Assembly: GCF_009914755.1 (NCBI RefSeq)
Contig: NC_060935.1
DNA: 64,000 nucleotides
Origin: the human T2T-CHM13v2.0 reference genome, Homo sapiens
Reading direction: 5' to 3' (one strand)
Each line of letters opens with the position of its first letter. Position 1 is the first letter of the stretch. Below, piece after piece: positions 29,721 to 44,500 of the stretch. The translations under genes were made by a program, and so were the position numbers. The notes beneath the pieces were generated by a model. That model searched no databases. It saw only the letters and a program-made list of their open reading frames with translations, and was not told where the DNA came from.

Positions 29721-32700
29721 GTTTATTAATTTAATCATCAGGGTTCTAACAATCACAAGATTCTTTTCCTTGAGATTACTTACTTTATTTTCCTGAGGAA
29801 TTAGAGATCTGATTCCATGTTTTTTCTAGTTCCTAAATAAATATTTTTAAAATTCACTGACAGGAATAGTCAACAAAATGTGATTCCTAGAATTCAGGAT
29901 ATGAATCCACAAACTAAAAATGTTCTTCCTTTTTTTTTAACCAGGATTAAACAATAACAAAACCTAAGTCAGGATTTATGGGAATAAAGAGCAAATGACA
30001 TGGAATCAGAAGACCTTATTTCAAGTCGTAACTCTGCTACTTTCTAAATATGATCATTTCTCTTAAAACAAATAATGATAATACTGACATGATTGTGAAA
30101 ATTAAATGAAATAATATATGTAATGCACTTTGAAAACTGAAAAGTATTTTAGAGATATTTGTTACATTGAAAAATTGTTCATAAAAAGCCAGTGAACTCG
30201 TAGGAACAAATTAGGAACTTGATCAGGAATAGAAATGTCAGTATTCATTTACCTCTACTTGTTCTTTGTGAACAGTGTCAATACCTTAGTCGAATTCAAC
30301 TTTAAAGCACACTTTATCTTCCTTCATAGTGTAGCAACATTGTTCTTGCTTTATTGAGGAAGATATTTGGGAGGTTAATGTAGACAAAGTCCCTACCTTT
30401 TTATCCTCATCCATAACACTTGTTTCAATGGATATACAAACTGAATAATATTACAAGAGCATCTTACATTAATATAGAATTTCATACTTTTCAAAGCATT
30501 TCACAACAATCATGGCATCTGAGCTTCACAATATATAGTAAATAATATATAACCCATATATGTGATATGTTTGTTTATATATACACCAATATGTAGATTT
30601 GTGAATGTGTATATGATGAATATATATGATTATGTGTTTACACCTTTTATTGTGGAAAAAGTTTAGACTTTTTAACATTAACAAAGCTCTAGATTTATCC
30701 AGCTGTGTCGGTGAAAAAGCTTACACTATCAATATGAGATTTAAATTGAACATATGGCCAAGGAATTTCTATGTGTATAGAAAGAGAAACAAATAAGATA
30801 CATCTAATCATTTTAGTTACAATGTCCTTCTTAAAGATAGAGAATTAATTTTTATAGGACACCAATGCCAAATTTCAGTCCATTTATAATGGAAAATTTT
30901 CCATTGCACTAATAATATGTAATATATGGATTCATGTCAGTATCTTTTTTTGTCAAATAATATTTTACAGCTGGATTTTATACATTCTAAGTGTACTTCA
31001 TCCCAACACAGTTGCTTTTTGATAGTGTTTTTAAAAAATTCTTTTATCTTAAATTTCAGTTTGTAAAATGTTTAAAAAATTTCAGATTCATAAATCCAAC
31101 ACCTACAAATCACGTCTGTGTGCCTATTGAAAGCACTCATGTTCCACATGCCTAAAGCCAAACTTTTAACTACCATTCCCACATGTCCTCCTGACTATCA
31201 GTACCAAAAAGCAGACAGACAAAAGTGATGCAAACCGGGTCCTCTCCTAAGTATCCCTTTTCCCATGAACAGCACCTCCATTCAGGCATCAGCAAGAAGC
31301 CTAGGATTTCTTTATACTACCTCTCCTTTACCACCCATGTTCAACCCATCACTAGGTTCTATCAGTTTAACTCCTAACTCTCTTTGAATCTGTCCACTTC
31401 TATCTCCACCTTCACTATTACCAAATTATCCAAAATTATAGTCGTCATTCATGAGATCTACTGAAATGCATTTTAATTGGTCTTCCTACCCGTGCTTTTG
31501 CTACTCTCTAATATAGACATCCAGAATGATCTTTGTAAAATCAACTCTGATAGGGTCAGCCCTTCAAATCTCACCACACCTCTTATGGCACAGATCAGAA
31601 TTATTAATGTGGCTGAGAACTGCATGATTCACTTCAGAAGAATCAGAAGATTTTGAAAATTAAATAATTATTTTTCTGTTTTTTTATTAGTGTTCATCTT
31701 CCCATTAGTCTTACCATTGTATGCTCAATGCCCAGTATATAACACTCATAAGTATTTTTAAGTAATGAATTAATAAGATGTACATTATTTCATCACATCA
31801 TTTTATATTATAAGCATTTTCCAATATTTCAATATCACTTTTATGGTCATTTACCTTATTAAATTTTTTAATTGTACGACTGAAGCACAGTTTCATCCTC
31901 ATTGTGAAAGTATCAAACATTAAAGAGATGTATATCATAAAATGAAAAGATAAGTTATATTAATCCCCATTTTACTTATTTTTCAGTGGAAAACACTCAT
32001 CAGTTAACAGTATATTCTTTCATATCTTTTTGTGACAGTAGATATTAATCTATCTATTCATTTTAATGGTTCTTTATATTCTATAGTATAGATATAATTT
32101 TATTAAACATTTTCACATCTGATAGCTATTCAGGTTGTTTCCAACTTTTCTGATATTATAAACAACTCAGTTTGCAAGCTGGTATTTATACATTTCAGCA
32201 TAAATGTAAGTTTTCTGCTAAAAGAGATACACATGTAAAATTTTGAGATCTAAGGACATGCACATTTAAATTTTTACATGTATTACACTATCACACTTTG
32301 CAAAAAGATGTAGTAATTTGGAGTCCTGGTTACAATATATGGGAGTACTTGGTTTTCCACCTACATACCTTTCTGGACACAAGAAATTATCAGTCTTTCG
32401 TGTTGTCTCTTTTCTTAATGGACGCATAAAATGATAGAGGTCCATAAGTCGTAATTATCACAAGGTGAACACAGCCATGTGACCACCACCAACACCTAGA
32501 GAGAAAATATTCTTAGCCATCCAGAAGCTCTAGTGTCTCCTCTCGTTCACTATTCCTTGTCTCCTCTGCAGAGATAGACTAACTTCTTACAGCAGAGATT
32601 AGTTTGGCTTGTTTTTAAATTTTATAAAAATGCAATCATACAGTATGTGTTGTTGGTAGTCTGGCTTCTTTAACTCAACCTTTATTTGGGTGATCAGTTA

Positions 32701-33399
32701 AGCTCTTGTATGAACTTTTGTTCATTCATTCTTTGGCATAGAAATTTATTTGTGTATGTGTCATTATTGTTTTAATTTGCACTTCCCTGATGTAAATGAG
32801 ATTGATCTCCTTGTATATGTTTATTGGCCATCTAGATACGCAATTTTGTGAAGTACCTGCTAAAGTCTCTGGTCTGTTTTCAATTAGATCTTCCCTTTTC
32901 TTGTCAATTTGCAGTAGTTATTTATATATTCTTGATCTGAGTCCTTTATTCATTATATATTCTACTGATCTTTTGTTATTTTGTGTTTCCCTTTTGAATG
33001 TTTTTAGATAACAGATGTTTTTAATTTGAATATACCCCACTTTCTCAATTTTTTATGTTATGAATAATGCTCTTAATATTCAACTCACACCAGGATAATG
33101 AAATTAATTTCATATATTATCTTTTAAAAGTTGTATTATTTTACTTTTTACATTGACAACTACTATCTACCTGTAATTAATTTTTGTGCCTTGTACAAAA
33201 TGTAAGTCAATTTTTTTCTCTCAAGTGTATAGTCAGTCAGGTTGCACCAATTATTGAAAACATTCAACTTTTCATACTGTTTTACCATGCCACCTTTTCT
33301 TATAACCTAAGTATCTATATATTCATAGCTCTACTTCTGAATTTTATTCTGCTGATTTACTCCATCTGTTTTTGTGTCAGTACTTAGAATGTTGAACTT

Positions 33400-35670
33400 T
33401 CTCTGAGTTCTGTAGTCCCTTAAAACAGGGACAGTTAAAGGAATCATTTCACATTCTAGAAAACTGTTTATTACACAGAACTACTCTTTACCATATGACG
33501 TAGATAATACTCATAGATACCCCTTCCCGCAAGTTTGACTTGACAGTACCATTTGCCACACAGTTCATCCTAAATTCACCTGGTAATTGAAGTGTTCATC
33601 TGTGTTACTTACTTGCTTTTATTCCAAGAAAAAACAAAACTCATATCTCTATGTCAAGAAGTAGTTACAGCATGGAGCCAGGTGCTTAGGCTAAACTCCC
33701 ATGGAGACTGGGAGATGAGTATGCTGCCTTTTTTGATACTTACATTCAAAAGTGATTACTCCGAGAAAACATAAGAAAAAAATGCCTGATTTATGAAATT
33801 GGTAAGACCCTTATTAGCTTTTTAAAAGACACACATCTCAAAGGGACAAAGAAAGAATTTATAAGTTCTCTAAAAGAAATAGGAGGGGACTTCAAAATTT
33901 TCTGGAAAAACAGAATTTAAAAAATATATATAAATTTTATTTATCACCGTAAGCTTTCCCAGGTTCCAGACATTTTTTGTAAGTGATCATAGCAGCCATT
34001 TAGTCTTTCCCTGAGGAACTGAGGGTCCTGGGAATCTAACCATGTCAATGCAGTCTTACTTGCATTATTAACTGAAGAAAAATGGATGCCCCTTCCACAC
34101 ATTTTAAGATTAAGAAACAAAAAGAAGTCAGACTGAGCCAAATCAGGACTGAAAGGTGGATGCCTAATGATTTCTCATTGAAACTCTTGCAAAAATTGCC
34201 CTTGTTTTATGAGAGGAGGAGCAGGAACATTGTACCTGTGAAGAAGGGCTCTCTGCTGAAGCATTCCAAGGAGTTTTTCTGCAAAAACTTTGGCTAATTT
34301 TCTCAAAACACTGTCATAATAAGCAGAAGTTGTTGTTGTTCAGCCCACCAGAATGTCAACAAGCGAAATTCCTTGAGCATCCCCCAAAAAACTGTTGCCA
34401 TGGCCTTTGCTCTTGATTTGTCTGCTTTTGCTTTCCCTGAACCACTTCCACCGCTTGGTAGCCATTGCTTTGATTGTGCTTTATCTTCAGGATAACACTG
34501 GCAAAGCCGTATTTCATCTCCTGTCATAATTCTTCAAAGAAATTCTTAAGGATCTTGATCCTACTTATTTAAAATTTTCATTGAAAACTGCTTTTGTCTG
34601 CAGGTGAACTGAGTACAACAATTTTCACACCCATTGATTGGAAAATTTGCTCAACTATAATTTTTCAGTCAGAATGGGGAAAGCTGAACCAGTTGAGATA
34701 TCTGTGGTGTTGGCTATTATTTGTGCTGTTCATCATTGGTCCTCTTCAATTAGGACATGAACAAGGTGAATTTTTTCCTTGCAAATTGATGTGCATGGTC
34801 TGCTGCTGTAGGTTTCATCTTTGACATTATCTCATCCCTTCTTAAAATGAGTTATTCATTTATAAACTGTTGATCTCTTTAGGGGGATTGTCTTCATAAG
34901 CTTTTGGTAAAGCATCAGTGAGTTCACCATTCTTCCCCACAAGCTTCATCATAAATTTGATATTTGTTCTTGCTTCAATTTTAGCAGAATTAATGTTGCT
35001 CTGACAGCGGCGCTTTTCAAACTGATGTGTCCTTCTTAGTCTCTCAAACTAAATCCTGTTCGGACATGTTATAACAAGTTAGTATGAGTTTAATTTTGTG
35101 CCAAAAATTTGAAAACCACACATATCCATTTTTCATTAGTGTTTTGAAGACCCCTTTGTACTCCAAGAAAAAGGAGGTGGGGCAAGTCACTTTGCCTTTT
35201 GGCACCAGGGAAAATCTAGTTCTTTTACATCTATCCTTACCCTTGCAGTTTCTTCCTTTTGTTGTTATTAACAGTTTCTGGTAACAAAGGCCAGACACAC
35301 TTCACTTCCTCCAAATTCTTATTCTTCGTTTTATGAGTGGTTAGCTGAACTGTTTATCCCCATTGATCCATCAGAACAAGCAGTTGACCTGACTTGACCA
35401 AACTTTAATTAAGCTTCTCTTCTCCCTATAGGAACCTGAACACTGACCTACCCTCAACTTGAGCCAGTATTGTGATGTATAGCAGCTCCTCCTTAACACA
35501 AAGAAAGATAATCCCTGACACTTGCTTACTTCTCCCTATGAATGAAATCACTTTTCTGCCTGACATTTCAGATGTTTGCAGATCTCCTGAAACTTTCTTT
35601 CTATTGCAGTAGTCCCTCTCCATCTTTTGCAATAATTTTTTCAAATAATGTATTTTCAGGCCTAAATTCA
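33400..35670. mobile_element. ERV1-class LTR fragments (MER34/MER31-like) flanking the mariner
   Basis: LTR-like sequence on both sides of Hsmar2 (cttgaccaaactttaatt; ctattgcagtagtccct); family recalled by eye only. Confidence 0.4.
33882..35158 (-). mobile_element. Near-full-length Hsmar2 mariner transposon, transposase inactivated
   Basis: TA TSDs at 33880-81 and 35159-60; TIRs gaggggacttcaaaa / ttttgaagacccct; peptides TGDE..., MATVFW and PPFSPDLAQSDFFLF on the minus strand. Confidence 0.93.
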
Positions 35671-36680
35671 GGTTTTTTTTTAAATTTTAGAATACTATGC
35701 TTTACTTATCATAGCTTTATAATACATCTTAATACCTGGTAGTGTAAATATTTCCACTTTGTTAACATCCCAAGAGAGAGTTCTTATTGTGGTGAATCTT
35801 TCCTAAGGAAATAATCTAAAATATGTAAAACAGGTCATATTTATGACATCATTTGTAAAAATTAAAACTACCTAGCATAAATTATGATCTATTTACCGAG
35901 ATGGAATATGGAGCTGCTCTTAACATGAATGATGAGTTTAGATGATGATGATTCAAGAACTACAACCATTCCAATCAAAAAGTCCTTGAATGGTGAAATG
36001 TAAAAGAAAGGAAAGGTAGGGGACTATGTATAAAACAGTGCTGAAAAAAACAAATTTAGCAATTAGAAAGAAGAAATTTTGAAAAGTTGTTGGAAGATAA
36101 AAAGCAGATGAGATTGAATTCACAGAAATACAAGAGCAGAGGATACCAAAGCCCAAATCATATTCAGGATAAAACTGATAGAAATATTCAAGTTGTTGCA
36201 AAGTGGCTGTAGAGATAGGATCACTTTGGCTAATAAATTCAGATATCAGGTAAAATCCCTTGTAAAAATAATTAATTGAAGAAGTATTCAAGACAGCTTG
36301 GATAAATATCAATTCTACTCCATATTCCCCCAACTGAACTGTTAGTAGTGACATTAGTATCCTACTTGAAGCCCTAATTATAGTAGAAATTCTGGCACAA
36401 AGAACTAAAGAGGAGGTTTGGACAGGAGAAGCAAAATAAATTATGGTCTGTTCACCCCTGCACCCCATCAAATGAATGCTCTCAGACTCAGAAGCTAAAA
36501 TATCTGCAAACTCCATATAATCCCTCACTCTACATCTTCCTGACAACCAAGAGAAGCTTCTTTCTATAATTAGAGCCTGTATCTACATTCAAAGTAGACA
36601 TTGTTAAATTGTGATTGAAAGAAATGTGGAAAGCATAAAGTTCTGAGATGTGATAGTGTCTCTTTGCACTTACCTTGTAG

Positions 36681-36821
<141 letters not shown>

Positions 36822-37858
36822 TGAGCTTATTTTCCTCCTGCCATGTTCATTACTGGGAGAGAGAATCTTCCTTTACTTCAGTTGCTTAGTTTTCTCTCAT
36901 GGTGGGAAAATCCCCAAAGACTTCTTGGTTCTGAGCTGAGAGCTTTACGAGCTATGCTGAGATATATAGTAAATGTATCTTTAAGGTTTCAAATGGACAT
37001 TTATTTTAAAAACTTTTATATTTGCACATGACTTTTTATTAGAACCCATTTTGAAAATAGCAGTCACATTAAAAGAACATTTTTGAACATAATATTTGGA
37101 AATTTCTATCTGAGTCCTTTAGTTCTTTTCTCATTTATAAAGTTTTGAAGCTGTAAAGAATTTAAATTACCTGCATTCACATATTCATTCATCAAATACA
37201 TGATTGGCTTCAATTATATGTAAAGCATTCTGTTAGGCATTATTGGAACACAACCATGAATCCAAGCTCATAGACTAGGACTCTCCTAGAAATAAAGCAT
37301 GTGTACAACTGCAATATAAACTAAAGGCTTCAGTGCATAAGAATGCTTCAGGTGTTATGACAACTGATATTCAGAAGAACGTTTTTTGGGGGCTGGCAAA
37401 TCATTGTACAAAAACATTGAGTTTATAAGTTTAATAGAGAAGTGACATTTTACGTGATTCACCTGTTGAACCAAACCTGAAAACTTGGCCTTGGAACCAA
37501 TACTCAGCCTAATTTCTGGGTGTTTTTGATGGAAACCTTCTCATTTGAATAGCCAGTGTTTAAATTTCACCACCTATTGGCAGTGGAAATCCTGGGGCTG
37601 AATGTGTACATATTCTACTTTGAGATCATCCCTTGGAATGTCTATTTTTGTTGTTTCTTTTGTTACAGTTTTACTCTTCCATACTTAAAAAGACTTTTTG
37701 GTGATGTATTCTCTTTGTAAGAAATATAGTTCTCAGTAATAGAAGAAACAAATATTTCAATTGAAACAAGTGGCAGCTAAATAATTCCCCATTTTTTTGA
37801 AATACAGTGTTGCTGTAATAGTTCCCAAAAGCCCAAAGCCAAGCTCTTCCTTTCATAG

Positions 37859-38140
<282 letters not shown>

Positions 38141-38329
38141 AATGTTCAATATTTATTCAGTAGTATGAGAATTTACTCCAGGTCAGTTCAACACTGATTA
38201 GTTTTTCTGTAAGAGTAGAGGAAATTTTCCAAAATGAGTCGCCATTTTCAACAGGAGTGTCAATTTAGTAACTTAAGTATTAGAAAAACCAAACAGCCTC
38301 TTCTTTTTTTCAACAGCCCTTGAACACAT

Positions 38330-38642
38330 ATATAGTAAACATCCACTGAGGGTTGGTTCCAGAACCAATCCCCGGACCCTTGGATACCAAAATCCCAGCA
38401 TGATCAAGTTCATTATATAAAATGTAGTAGTATTTGCATATAGCCTACACACATTCTTCAGCATACTTTAATTCATCTCTAGATTATTTATAATACCCAA
38501 TACAATATAAATGTAAATCGTTGTTACACTGTATTGTTTTTAAATTTGTGTGTGTATGTGTTTACTGCTGTTTAAAAATATTTACAATCTGCTGTTGGTT
38601 AGATTTGTGGGTGCAGAACCTGCAGATACAGAGGGCCCACTG
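38330..38642 (+). mobile_element. MER2 (Tigger), near full length
   Basis: ggttccag...ggataccaaaatcc...gtatttgcatatagcct...gatacagagggcccactg; homologous to 1431-1629. Confidence 0.85.
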
Positions 38643-39239
38643 TCACAATTTTTTTTTCCTGGGGCAAAGAAACTCTTAGGAGATTATAGATTCTAAATAC
38701 TAACATGGACGTTTGGTAAAGCAGAAAGATCTAAAGTAGGTTAATAAACACTTTGCATTGCATTCTGTCCATCTTTCTTCACAAAAGACCTCATAGTTTT
38801 TTTTTTTTTTTTGAAGATTTTGAGTTTTTTAAAATTAATTTTTAGGGCATTAGTTCTATTCTTACAATGCCATATCATAAAGCCAAACTAATGTCTTCAG
38901 TCATCAGCAATTTTAAACTATGCATGTAGCCTTTCAGTAGAGTCATATAGGCTCATTGGAAATTCGATGTCACTGAGCTATCACTGGAGATAGCTATAAC
39001 TTACTGGTGATTTTACTTTTTAATCTTTCTTTACTTCTGAATGCAGTGTTAGGCACTGGATTTTCCCTTATGTGCTTTACAGAATCATTTTTCAAAATAC
39101 CCACATAGGCTGCTTTTTTGGTTGTTTAATTTCTTAAGATTCAGTTGGATTACCTACAGAAGAAGAAAAAAGTTGGAATCTGGGTGATATAAAATTTAAC
39201 ACCTTATCATATAAAGATTTTCACACGTGCTAAATTTTA

Positions 39240-39392
39240 TTTTATTTATTTTTTTAACTTTCTTTTTCTTTTATTATACTTTAAGTTTTAGGGTACATGT
39301 GCACAATGTGCAGGTTAGTTACATATGTATACATGTGCCATGTTGGTGTGCTGCACCTAGTAACTCATCATTTAACGTTAGGTATATCTCCA
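39240..39392 (-). mobile_element. Very short young L1PA (PA2-4-like) 3' tail
   Basis: ttattatactttaagttttagggtacatgtgcacaatgtgcaggttagttac; perfect 15-bp TSD acgtgctaaatttta. Confidence 0.93.
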
Positions 39393-39978
39393 ACGTGCTA
39401 AATTTTAAACTGGATATTTATTCAGTGCTGCCTTCAGCAGTTCATTTGTCTGCAGTAAAAACAGAATGTCTTAAACAGCCACAGTGTACACAATACTTTG
39501 CTAGGCCATGAAAAGATATTAATAATATTAGTCAGTATCTAACAATGGGAAAAGAACTTATGCATCAAGCAATACCAAGCCCCTTAAATGCTAAAGTTTG
39601 TTGTAATATTTTAAGTTCTTTGGGAAATGGCTATCAGTGAGGACAGAACAGGAGTCTCTTCCAGTAATAGCAGTATGACTTTGGATTAGTTGCTTAATGT
39701 TCCTTGAAGTTTAATTTTTTCATCTATAAAAAAAAGTGTTAGCCCATTTCTAAAGTCCTATCCAGCTGTATAGTGATATGGCTCTCTGGGCCGTGAATAT
39801 TATATTAGGATTTGAGTAGAGAAGAAAGGGCATTCCAGGTGAAAGAATAGCTTGAGTAAAGCCAAAGTCTTATACTTTTACTTGCATTTTGAGATAGCTT
39901 TGTGTGATAATTTAATAAATAAATATTATTAGTTTATGAAATAATTTCACATCAATTGAATATGAAATCTAAAAGTAA

Positions 39979-40203
<225 letters not shown>

Positions 40204-41534
40204 TAAGTTTCATACACAGGATCAGACCAATTAAAACTTGATAATGTGATTTTTATTCACAATGGCATAATATTTTTTTTACTACTATTTTCTCCCACTA
40301 CATTTCACAACTTCTTGATTTCATATCTACACTATAAATTAGCAATTCATTTAGGAGAATGTTGTTGCTAAACTGATGAAAGACAACAGCGATAGTATGG
40401 TGGTTAGGAGGTTAGACCTTAGCATTTAGCTAGGCTGAATTCCAATCCAAGTTCTGTCTCTTGAAAGCTATATAAATTTGGTCAAGTTACTTAACCATTA
40501 TGAAAATAGATATAACAATATTACTACTTTTTAGCACATTAGTTATAATATCTATACTATCTGTAAAACGGGAATAGCAATATTACTACTTTTTAGCATA
40601 GGGGCTAACACTTAGTGTTTAATACATATTAGTTTTTGTTTCTCTTGGAGTCCAGAAATTTGGAACATAAGACAAAGGTTGTGTATGGATGTTTGTGTGT
40701 GTGTGCTCTCAGTGAGCTGTGAAGACATTTGTTCTATGACCTCAATCCTTTAGATAGTTTCATTAGCTAAGCAAGAAGACTATGGTTGCAGGTTATCACT
40801 TTAAAGCATAGCAATACTACAAGCATACAAGATATTAGGAGACATATGATTTTATTCAATGAACTATTAGATTAGAGATCTCTTGCTACTATAGGCAGTG
40901 TTTTTTCCTTGATGATTTATACTTGCATTGCTATGCTTACACAGCATCACAGTATCTGTTTCATGAGACTGATTTGAATGGATCCATCCAAATCAACTGA
41001 AATGTTATCTCAACAGTATGTTTAAGTCAAACTAGAGGACACATTTTGGAAAATTAATGTCACTTAGTCAGTTTATAAACTGGGGCTTTTGATAAATCAT
41101 GCAAACTCTTTCTTGAATGGCTATTTTAACTGTTTTGAATAATAATCATTTAATACTTTAAGTTATAAAACCAGAATATTTATCAAAAACATTTCAAATA
41201 ATTAAGAGATGAACAAAGTTTTAAGTGAAATTCTACCTTCATCAAACTCCACAAAAATAACTAGGCTTGATTTGGATAATATTGATTTAGTCCTATTTTT
41301 GTGTTCCTGCATAAAAAAGCAGAAACATTTTTTTTTCTGAGAGCAATGGCATCTTTCTCTTCTCTTTCATGCTAATATTTTTCTTTATTCACTAAATAGT
41401 ATATTACTGATGTCCTTCTATGAATACACAAAGATCTATCTGATACTATTTAGTGGAACACAGAATGCCTTATTATAAATTTTTCATAATTCATTTATTT
41501 GTTTTTCTATTGAAAAACATTAGGCTGTCCCAAT

Positions 41535-44500
41535 TTTTTTATATAATTTCAACTTTTTAATTTTAGATTCAGTGGTATACATGCATGTTTTTTGTGTGGG
41601 TATATTGCACGATGCTGAGGTTTGGGGTGCAGATCCTGCCACCCAAGTAGTGAGCATAGTAACAAATAGGGAGTTTTTTAACCCACACCCCTCTCCCACA
41701 CTACCTCCTCTAGTGTATATCGTAGTCATCCTTATGTCTATGTGTATTCAATATTTAGTTCCCACTTACAAGTGGTTTATATATACCACGTTTTATTTAT
41801 CTGCTCCACCATTAATGGTCACCCAGGTTGATACCATGTCTTTGCTATTGTGAATAGTGCTGCAATGGACATATAGGTGCGTGCATCTTTTTGGTAGAAC
41901 AATTTATATTGCTTTGAGCATATGCCCAGTAATGAGATTGTTGGGTCAAATGGCAGCTCTGTTTTAAGTTCTTTGCAGAAGCTCCAAACTGTTTTCCACA
42001 GCAGCTGAATTAATTTTCATTCCCATCAACGGTGTATAAATGTTCTCTTTTCTCCCAAATCTCACCACCATCTGATATTTCTTGACTTTTTAATCATAGC
42101 CATTCTGACTGGTATGAGATGTTATCTGATTGCGGTTTTGATTTGCATTTCTCTGGATTAGTGATGATGAGCATTTTTTCATATGTTTGTTGGCTGCTTG
42201 TATGTATTTTGAGAAGTGTCTCTTCATGTCCTTTGCCAATTATTTATTGGGGTTATTTGGATACTGCTTGTTGACTTGTTTGAGTTCCTCATAGATTCTG
42301 GATATTAGACCTTTGTTGGATGTGTAGTTTGTGAATGTTTTCCCCTATACTGTAGATTGTCTACTCTATTGATACTTTCTTTTGCTGTGCAGAAGCTCTT
42401 TAGTTTAATTAGGTCCCACTTGTCAATTATTTTTTGATGTTGCAATTGCTTTTGGTGACTTAGCCAAAAATTATTTACCCAGGCCGATGTAGAGAAAGAT
42501 ACTTCTTAGGTTTTCTTCTAGGATTTTTATAGTTTGAGGTCTTACATTTAAAACTTTATTCCATCTTTAGTTATTTTTCTATATGGTGAAAGATAAGGGT
42601 CCAAGTTTTATTCTTCTGTATATTGCTAGTCAGTTATCCCAGCACCATTTATTGAATACGGAATCCGTTCCCCATTGCTTGTTTTCATCAGCTTTGTTGA
42701 AGACCAGATGGTGGGAGGTGTGCAGCTTCATTTCTGCTTTCTCTGTTTAGTTCCATTGGTCTATGTGTCTTACCAGTACCATGCTGTTTTGCTTACCATA
42801 GCCTTATAGCATAGTTTGAAGCCAGGTAGTGTGATGCTTCCAGTTGTGTTCTTTGTTGTGTTCTTTTTGGTTAGGATTGCTTTGGCTATTTGGCCATTTT
42901 TATGGTTCTATGTTAATGTTAGAATAGCTTTTTCTAATTCTGTGAAAAATGTCATTGGTAGTGTGATAGGAATAACATTGAATTTGTAAATTGCTTTGGG
43001 CAGTATGGCCATTTTAATGATACTGATTCTTCCAATCCATGAACAAGGAATGTTGTTCCATTTATTTGTGTCATCTCTGATTTCTTTCATCAGTGTTTTG
43101 TAGTTTTCCTTGTAGAGATCTTTCACCTCCTGGATTAGCTGTATTCCTAGATATTTCATTTTTTGTGGCTATTGAAAATGGGATTGTGTTCTTGATTTGA
43201 CTCTCAGCTTGAACATTATTGCCATATAGAAAGCTACTCACTTTTGTCCATTGCTTTTGGGTCCTGAAACTTTACTGAACTCTCTCATCTGTCATTTATG
43301 AAATCTAGGAGACTTTTGGTGGAGTCTTTAGGGTTTTCTAGGTGTAGAATCATTTGGCAACAAAGAGAGATAGCTTTACTTCTTCTTGTCCTATTTGGAT
43401 GCCTTTTATTTTTTTTCTCTTGCCTGATTCCTCTGGCTAGGACTTAAGCACTATGTTGAATAGGAGTGGTAAGAGTGGGCATCTTTGTTTTATTTCATTT
43501 CTCAAGGGGAATGATTCCAGCTTTTGCCCATTCAGTATGATGTTGGTTGTGGGTTTATCATAGATGGCTCTTATTATTTTGAGGTATGTTCATTCAATAC
43601 CAAGACTATTGAGGGTTTTTTAATCATGAATGGAAAGGGATGCTGAATTTTATCAAAAGCTTTTTCTGCATTTATTGAGATGATCATATGTTAATAGTTT
43701 TTCCTCTTAATCCTATTTATGTGGTGAATCACATTTACTTATTTGCACTTGTTGAATCAGCCTTGCATCTCAGGAATAATGCCAGTTTGATCGGATGTAT
43801 TAACTTTTTGATGTGCTCCTGGATTTGGTTTTCTAGTATTTTGTTGACAACTTTTGTGTCTGTATTCATCAGGGATATTGGCCTGACATTGTCTTTTTGT
43901 TGTTGTGTCTCTATCAGATTTTGGTATCAGCCTGGTGCTGGTTTCATAGAACGAGTTATGGAGAAGCCTTTCCTTTTTGAGTTTTTGGAATAGTTTCAGC
44001 AGGGTTGTTACAAGTTCTTCTTTGTATTTCTATCTGCTAGTATTTGGGTGTGAATTCATCTGGTCTAGGGCATTTTTTGATTGGTAGATTTTTAAATTAA
44101 TGATTAAATTTCAAAACTTATAATGGTCTGTTTGGGTTTTTACTTTCTTCCTGGTTTAATCTTGGGAGCTTTTGTGTTTCCAGGAATTTATTCATTTCCT
44201 AGATTTTCTAATTTATGTGCATAGAACTTTTCATAATAGTATTGGAGGATTTTTGATTTCTGTAGGATTAGTTATAATATCATCATTGTCATTTCTCATT
44301 GGACTTATTTGGATCTCCTTTTTTTCTTTGTTAATATAGCTAGGGTGGTCTGTCTTATTTATTCTTTTGAAGAACCAATACTTGGTTTCATTGATCTTGT
44401 GTATAGATTTTTGCATCTCAGCATCCAGTGTTAGTATTGATATGTGAGATTTTGATCTTGTCATCATGTCGTTAGCTTGTTGTTTTGTAGACTTGATTGT

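Noticed and set aside
33944-34824. Active mariner transposase
   Set aside because: The coding region is broken into several short frames with altered catalytic motifs.
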